Shown here: piece by piece, positions 59,166 through 64,000 of the stretch
Layout: each line of letters starts with the position of its first letter
How positions within the stretch are numbered: the stretch's first letter is position 1
NCBI RefSeq assembly: GCF_035250425.1
Contig: NZ_DATFFD010000011.1
Location: 5,990 to 69,989, forward strand
Source of the DNA: Sphingopyxis sp.
GTDB lineage: Bacteria; Pseudomonadota; Alphaproteobacteria; Sphingomonadales; Sphingomonadaceae
Reading direction: 5' to 3'
Length of the DNA: 64,000 nucleotides
The notes under the pieces: generated by a model
What the model was told of the DNA's origin: nothing
What the model saw: only the letters and a program-made list of their open reading frames with translations
Database searches by the model: none
Position numbers and translations under genes: made by a program

Positions 59166-60113
59166 ATGCGAGCAGCATTTATGTATTTGATGGGGCTGGC
59201 GACATGCTGGACAGCCACCGCGCGGGGCGATGAAGGCCAACCGAGAACGGCGCGGCGCGTCGAACTTATCCAGATGGGTGACATGGCCGGACCGCCGCGC
59301 GCGCGCAGCTCCGCGAATATCGCAACGGCCGCTGCCCCGCGCGTGACGGGGGTTGAAGTGCTGGCCTATGGGCCGAACGCGCAATCGATGGAACGGCAGT
59401 TGCGCACCCGGTTGCAGGCGTGGGCGATGCCTGGCGATCCAGATAACTTGCTTGCCGATGGGAGCGCTGGAATGCCTTTCATGCCTGAGCTTGTGGCGCC
59501 CGTGTCGGCCATCTCCGTACCCTTGTGGATGCGGCCGGGTTCGGTTCTCTCCGAGGAGACCTGGCGTTTCGTTCCAGGCTGCGCATCTTCTGGCTATCGG
59601 CCGACCGGACTTCTGCGGCCCGACGCGGAGCTGCGCCGCGCATCCTACTATGGGATGATGAGCCGGATCGCATGCGAATATGGCATTCCAGTCGGGTTGT
59701 TCGATGCGATGATAATTCGCGAGAGCCGGTATCACCCGACCATCGTCTCCCCTAAGAATGCCTTCGGTCTTACACAGTTGATGCCGGCGACGGCCGCGGG
59801 TCTCGGCGTCGACCGGTACAGCGTCGAGGGCAATTTGCGCGGTGGTGCTAGCTACCTGCGCCAGCAGCTCGACACGTTCGGGCAATATCATCTGGCGCTC
59901 GCTGCCTACAATGCGGGACCAGGCCGCATTCGCGGCGGCCGGATTCCCCGGATCCGCGAGACCCAGGACTATGTCGGCAATGTCCTCTCGAACTGGTCGC
60001 GCCTGAGCGGACTCCAGCGCCAGGCGGTGTCTCTCTCGACGGACAACACCCCACAGCTCGGGCCGATCGTACCGCCAGCCAGGCAGCGGACGGCCGCTGT
60101 CTCGACCTTTTGA
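59166..60113 (+). CDS. Lytic transglycosylase (SLT, VirB1-like)
   Basis: IIRESRY, GLTQLMPATA, LAAYNAG motifs; next to tra genes. Confidence 0.9.
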   Translation: MRAAFMYLMGLATCWTATARGDEGQPRTARRVELIQMGDMAGPPRARSSANIATAAAPRVTGVEVLAYGPNAQSMERQLRTRLQAWAMPGDPDNLLADGSAGMPFMPELVAPVSAISVPLWMRPGSVLSEETWRFVPGCASSGYRPTGLLRPDAELRRASYYGMMSRIACEYGIPVGLFDAMIIRESRYHPTIVSPKNAFGLTQLMPATAAGLGVDRYSVEGNLRGGASYLRQQLDTFGQYHLALAAYNAGPGRIRGGRIPRIRETQDYVGNVLSNWSRLSGLQRQAVSLSTDNTPQLGPIVPPARQRTAAVSTF

Positions 60114-60153
60114 GGCGTGCCGGCCCCCGAGCGCGCATCGCACGGTCAGATGC

Positions 60154-60648
60154 CTAGAGCTCGAAATCATCGCCGTCGGTAAGGCGCGCGCGGCGCTCGC
60201 GGATCTTCACAACCTCGTCGGCCACCTTCTTCACGACGGCGCGCTGGAGCGGTGCGCCCCAATCGCGCTTCACTTCCGAACCGTCGATGCCGTTGATCTC
60301 GTCGAGTGCGTCGATGATCTTGCGCGGCAGCTCGGCGAACATGTCGCAAAGCATCGAAATGATCGTCGAATAGCGTTGGCGATCGAGGAGATCGAGGCCC
60401 TGGAAGGTCTCGAGGCAGGTGTAGGCCTGAACGATGTTCGTCCCCAGCGCATGCAGGATCTTCTCGAGTTCGGGCTGTGTCATGACGGACCGCTTGGCCG
60501 GATCGCGATGGAGAAGGAGACCGAGCCGGGTCTTGTTGATCCCTGTCTTTTGCGCCAGCGCGCGCTGCGCTGTTTCCTGCTCAGCCATGGATTCGAGGAT
60601 CAGCGGAATATAATCGCGGAGCGGATTCCCGCTTTCCCCGGCGTCCAC
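60154..60648 (-). CDS. Hypothetical protein with a Cro/C1-like HTH
   Basis: AQRALAQKTGINKTRLGLLLH helix-turn-helix pattern. Confidence 0.6.
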   Translation of the reverse strand: MDAGESGNPLRDYIPLILESMAEQETAQRALAQKTGINKTRLGLLLHRDPAKRSVMTQPELEKILHALGTNIVQAYTCLETFQGLDLLDRQRYSTIISMLCDMFAELPRKIIDALDEINGIDGSEVKRDWGAPLQRAVVKKVADEVVKIRERRARLTDGDDFEL

Positions 60649-60791
60649 GATCTACGCCTCAAACCAGGCTAGAGATGACATTTCGACCCCCAATGCCGCT
60701 CCGTTAACCAAAGACAATCATACAGAAATTGGCTTTGCAAGCGCGGTTTGGGCCAGATTGGCACTCGCGGCGCGCCTCGAGGGCGAGCCTG

Positions 60792-61241
60792 TCAGTGGGA
60801 GCACGAGGTATCGTCGTGGCCGGGTTCCGGGTTATCGGATCGGCCAAGCCCCAGCGTATCGAGCACGCGCGCGGCCTTTTGTTCGACAACATAGTCGAAG
60901 AGGAGAAGCGAAAGCGTATCCTCGGACGTGAGACGGTGGCCAACCCGTTTCTCGAGGCTGGTCCCGATCGCCGCGAGCCGGTCCACATAGCGCGCCGGCA
61001 GGGCCATCAGGACAGCTATGTTGCCGCTCCCCGGTATGAGCTTCAGATGATGGCGAAGGACGTCGGTATCATGGGTCGCCATGTCGGGGTTCGTGCCCGC
61101 GAGATGCAACGTCAGGCTTGAAAGGCTCTCGTGCGAACGCGTCTCGTTCGAGCGCAGGCGGATGCCCTCCGTCGTGAGCCGGAACAAGGGCTCAGATATT
61201 TCGAGCGCATAGTTTTGAGCGTCAGCGGGCATAAACGCCAC
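60792..61241 (-). CDS. Hypothetical protein (tra-adjacent)
   Basis: Protein-like ORF, divergent from traA and codirectional with 60154-60648. Confidence 0.6.
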   Translation of the reverse strand: MAFMPADAQNYALEISEPLFRLTTEGIRLRSNETRSHESLSSLTLHLAGTNPDMATHDTDVLRHHLKLIPGSGNIAVLMALPARYVDRLAAIGTSLEKRVGHRLTSEDTLSLLLFDYVVEQKAARVLDTLGLGRSDNPEPGHDDTSCSH

Positions 61242-61355
61242 GTTCCCATTTGACCCTGTTCACAAGCGTGCCCCCCGCAAGCGTCAGCCCCGATCCCACT
61301 TTGTTGAACTTCGAATGGTTAACAAAACCCGAGTCCGCAGGCGCGAATCTACCGG

Positions 61356-61465
61356 GATGGCCTTCTGTCCGCAATTGCGGGGCAAAGCGCCCCGGATCGG
61401 CGGCCATCGCGCCCTTTCCCGAGGGGCAACCTGTCCCTTGGGTCGGGGCAAAGCGCCCCGAATTC
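61356..61465. repeat. Five 22-bp phased imperfect repeats
   Basis: Units start at 61356, 61378, 61400, 61422 and 61444; CGGGGCAAAGCGCCCCG is identical at 61378 and 61444. Confidence 0.75.
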
Positions 61466-61605
61466 AGTGTCTTTTGAAAGAAAAACCACGGTCACGGCCG
61501 TCGATTCGGATTGCGTGTCCGTTGGCCGCTTGTCCGGAAGGGAGTGGATTGGTGAGCTTCTCCTTGGACGCGGTTGTTCGCGCCTTGATGTGAAGGAAAC
61601 CCACC

Positions 61606-61926
61606 ATGCAACTTGTTCGAAGCAATGTTGGACGCGCGGAGCTGGCGATCGCCCTCGCTCTGCTCGTCCTTTTTCTCTTCGTCTGGACGTCCGGCCCAGC
61701 GTTCGCAGGCGCCGACACGACGTTCGATACGGCCCTCAACACGTTCACCGATTTCCTTGAGGGCTCGGGCGGCAAGATCATCACTGTCCTGTCGCTGGCG
61801 GGCGGGATCGTCGCCCTCGCATCGGGACGGTTCTCGATGGGCCAAATCGCAATCCCCGTCGGTGTTGGCGTCGGCGCCGGCACCGGGATCCCGATCGTCA
61901 CTTCGACGGTGACCGCGACGATTTGA
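61606..61926 (+). CDS. traA: Conjugative pilin (TraA/TrbC/VirB2 family)
   Basis: Signal peptide ending AFA-G, two hydrophobic helices; first gene before traL. Confidence 0.8.
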   Translation: MQLVRSNVGRAELAIALALLVLFLFVWTSGPAFAGADTTFDTALNTFTDFLEGSGGKIITVLSLAGGIVALASGRFSMGQIAIPVGVGVGAGTGIPIVTSTVTATI

Positions 61927-61984
61927 AAGTTCCCGCGACCGGTCGAGGTGGCAGCTTCGGCCGATCCAAGGAGAGGGTGGTGCA

Positions 61985-62275
61985 ATGGCCGCGGACAAGT
62001 ACGTCATTCCGACTCATCTGGACGATCCCGAGCTGATCGGGCTGTGGACGCTGGATGAGTTCCTGGCGATGGTAATCCCATTCGCATGGGGAATTTTGTC
62101 TCAGCATATCCTTATCGGCATGTTTCTCTCGGGTGCAGGCTGGTGGGGTCTCAGGAAAGCTAAGGCAGGCCGGGCGACGTCATGGCTTCTGCACATGGCC
62201 TATTGGCATCTCCCGTCCGGGTTCACCGGGCTGAGAGCCACACCACCCTCATACTTGCGCCTGATGGCCGGCTGA
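61985..62275 (+). CDS. traL: F-type T4SS TraL
   Basis: YVIPTHLDDPELIGLWTLDE, MAYWHLP; position in the operon. Confidence 0.9.
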   Translation: MAADKYVIPTHLDDPELIGLWTLDEFLAMVIPFAWGILSQHILIGMFLSGAGWWGLRKAKAGRATSWLLHMAYWHLPSGFTGLRATPPSYLRLMAG

Positions 62276-62276
62276 C

Positions 62277-62843
62277 ATGGAACTCGCATTCAGCCATTCG
62301 CACAGCCAGCGTATCCTGCGGCAGCGCAATTGGCTGGCGGTCGCCGCCGCCGCGCTCGCCGCAACTTCGGCCGGGCTGTTCCTCACGACCATCTCCCGCG
62401 ACCGGGAGGTCGTCCTCCAGCCGGTCCTTCGCTCGCCACTGACGGTCAGTTCTGCCGGAGTTAGCCGCCAATATCTCGAGATGATCACGCGCGACACCGT
62501 CGTGCTGACGCTCGATCGCAGCCCTCAGAATCTCGAATATTGGATGAACGAGGTTCTCGAGATCACCGCGCCGCGCATGCAGGGTCGGATCAAGGCGGAC
62601 CTGATGAAAATCGTCAGCGAGCAGCGCGGATCATCGATTGCGCAATTCTTCACGATCGAAAAGATGGAGATCGATACGGCGAACCTGCGCTCCAAGGTGA
62701 CCGGTGAACTCCACACAATCGTCGGCAACAAGGTCGTTTCGAGCGAGAACCGGACCTTTCAGTACGACTGGGAATATTTCGGGCTGTCGCTGAAGCTCAT
62801 CGGCTTCGGAATGGTGACGCCCGACAAGGGGACAAATTCATGA
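62277..62843 (+). CDS. traE: F-type T4SS TraE
   Basis: N-terminal TM, REVVLQP, YLEMITRD; synteny L-E-K-B. Confidence 0.88.
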   Translation: MELAFSHSHSQRILRQRNWLAVAAAALAATSAGLFLTTISRDREVVLQPVLRSPLTVSSAGVSRQYLEMITRDTVVLTLDRSPQNLEYWMNEVLEITAPRMQGRIKADLMKIVSEQRGSSIAQFFTIEKMEIDTANLRSKVTGELHTIVGNKVVSSENRTFQYDWEYFGLSLKLIGFGMVTPDKGTNS

Positions 62844-63634
62844 TGTCGGTCATCGCCATGGGCAGCGCCGGCGCTGTCCTCCTTTCGCGCAACCAATGCC
62901 AACTCAGCCGTTTCGCGGGCGCGGGACTGGTGGCCGCCGCCGTCATGGTCGCGGCCGCACCAGCTTGGGCCGACCAGACAGTTATGGCGTCCGACAGCAG
63001 CCAAGTCGATTGCACGGCATCGGCGCGCGATCTGACACGGATCAGCCTCGTTGAAGACGAGTTCGCCTCGGTCTCGAAAATCTCGACGGGGAATCCGACG
63101 GACGATTTCTCGGTCGTCAACGAGCCGGTACGGGGCGATATTTATCTGTCCGTGCCAGATGGGTTTGCACGCCCGGCGCTGTCCTTCTTCGCGACGAGCA
63201 AGCGCGGCTATGTCTACAAATTCGTGTGCCGGGTCGATGGCGATCAAGCAGTCCAGGTCTTCATCTCCAATCCCGCGATCGCGAACGAGCGCGCGGCCGA
63301 GGAGAAGCCCTCGGCATCGCGCGGCCCGCAAGATGCGGCCATCGAGCTAGTTCAGGCGATGTATACGGGCGCGATCGTCGACGGCTACGAGATGCGCCAG
63401 CGCAGCCTGACGCCCGTCAATGTCGGCCCGCTCAAGGTCCAGCTCGTGGCTGAATATCGCGGCGCGGACCTCTCGGGGAAAGTCCTCCGCATCGAAAATA
63501 AGAGCGATCAGGCCATCGAACTGACCGAAGCGATGGTGGCTCCGGCCAGCGCATTAGCGGTTTCGGTCGCAGAGAAGACGCTGCCCCCGGGGAAGGCGAC
63601 AACCGCCTATCTCGTGTCCCAGACTGGAAGGTGA
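62840..63634 (+). CDS. traK: F-type T4SS TraK
   Basis: Signal peptide, DLTRISL, GDIYL, FATSKRGYVYKF; synteny. Confidence 0.88.
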   Translation: MMSVIAMGSAGAVLLSRNQCQLSRFAGAGLVAAAVMVAAAPAWADQTVMASDSSQVDCTASARDLTRISLVEDEFASVSKISTGNPTDDFSVVNEPVRGDIYLSVPDGFARPALSFFATSKRGYVYKFVCRVDGDQAVQVFISNPAIANERAAEEKPSASRGPQDAAIELVQAMYTGAIVDGYEMRQRSLTPVNVGPLKVQLVAEYRGADLSGKVLRIENKSDQAIELTEAMVAPASALAVSVAEKTLPPGKATTAYLVSQTGR

Positions 63635-63638
63635 GTCC

Positions 63639-64000
63639 ATGTCTCTTGCCAATTTACTGAAGCGCAATCGCCAACCAGTCGCCGAAACGGCCGAAACCGG
63701 GGTATCGCCCCTCACGGGCGACCTTGCCGGCAATGAGGCCATCCGCCGTCGTCAGCGACTGCTCCTGGCGGGTGCGGCGGGTGCCGGCCTGATCCTGTCG
63801 TCTATTTGGATTTTTTCAGGCGATGAATCGGATGGAGCCGCAAAGGGCGATGACACCACCGAGGTCGCCGTGTCGACCAAGGACATGGTCAACCGCAATC
63901 TTTCTCAGCAGGAGTGGATGGCGATCTCCGAGAACCGGTTCCAGTCGACCGAGAACCGGCTCAAGTCAGTCGACGGGCAAAACCGAAGGCTGGAGCAGCT
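63639..64000 (+). CDS. traB: F-type T4SS TraB (partial, runs off the window)
   Basis: Manual translation MSLANLLKR...RRRQRLLLAGAAGAGLILSSIWIF TM followed by a coiled-coil-like segment; follows traK. Confidence 0.8.
   Translation, partial: MSLANLLKRNRQPVAETAETGVSPLTGDLAGNEAIRRRQRLLLAGAAGAGLILSSIWIFSGDESDGAAKGDDTTEVAVSTKDMVNRNLSQQEWMAISENRFQSTENRLKSVDGQNRRLEQ

Noticed and set aside
61356-61465. Mini CRISPR array
   Set aside because: Units are contiguous 22-mers with no unique spacers and there are no cas genes.

Overview
High-GC alphaproteobacterial DNA; the gene content and F-type tra genes suggest a Sphingomonadaceae/Erythrobacteraceae conjugative plasmid or ICE (inference). No rRNA, tRNA or CRISPR array was seen. 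About 57 kb of catabolic cargo abuts a conjugation backbone. Module A (1-38.8 kb) is a large oxidative/beta-oxidation island: hglS(ydcJ)-ydiJ, paired paralogues (2 atypical MDR dehydrogenases, 2 TfdB/HbpA-type flavin monooxygenases, 2 FAH proteins, 2 related GntR regulators), a P450, a VanA/DdmC-type Rieske oxygenase, cupins, an LvaA/LvaC-like kinase/ACAD pair, a TonB receptor, an MFS and a full beta-oxidation set. Its promoter regions share a 13-bp palindrome, ATTGT-N3-ACAAT, found 9 times. Module B (39.5-47.1 kb) is TetR / TonB receptor / ABC ATPase / ABC permease fused to an M1 zinc peptidase. Module C (48.8-56.6 kb) is GntR / TonB receptor / MFS / cupin / acyl-CoA ligase / TauD dioxygenase, with its own 18-bp palindrome found 3 times. 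IS5 remnants and pseudogenes (PaaI thioesterase, ndh) separate the modules. The backbone (57.8-64 kb) carries a Zn-finger/nuclease-like gene, a lytic transglycosylase, two unknown genes, a 22-bp phased repeat array and traA-L-E-K-B. Several starts were moved from the ORF track to the ATG/GTG with a ribosome-binding site. Family calls are from motif recognition by eye; no database search was run.
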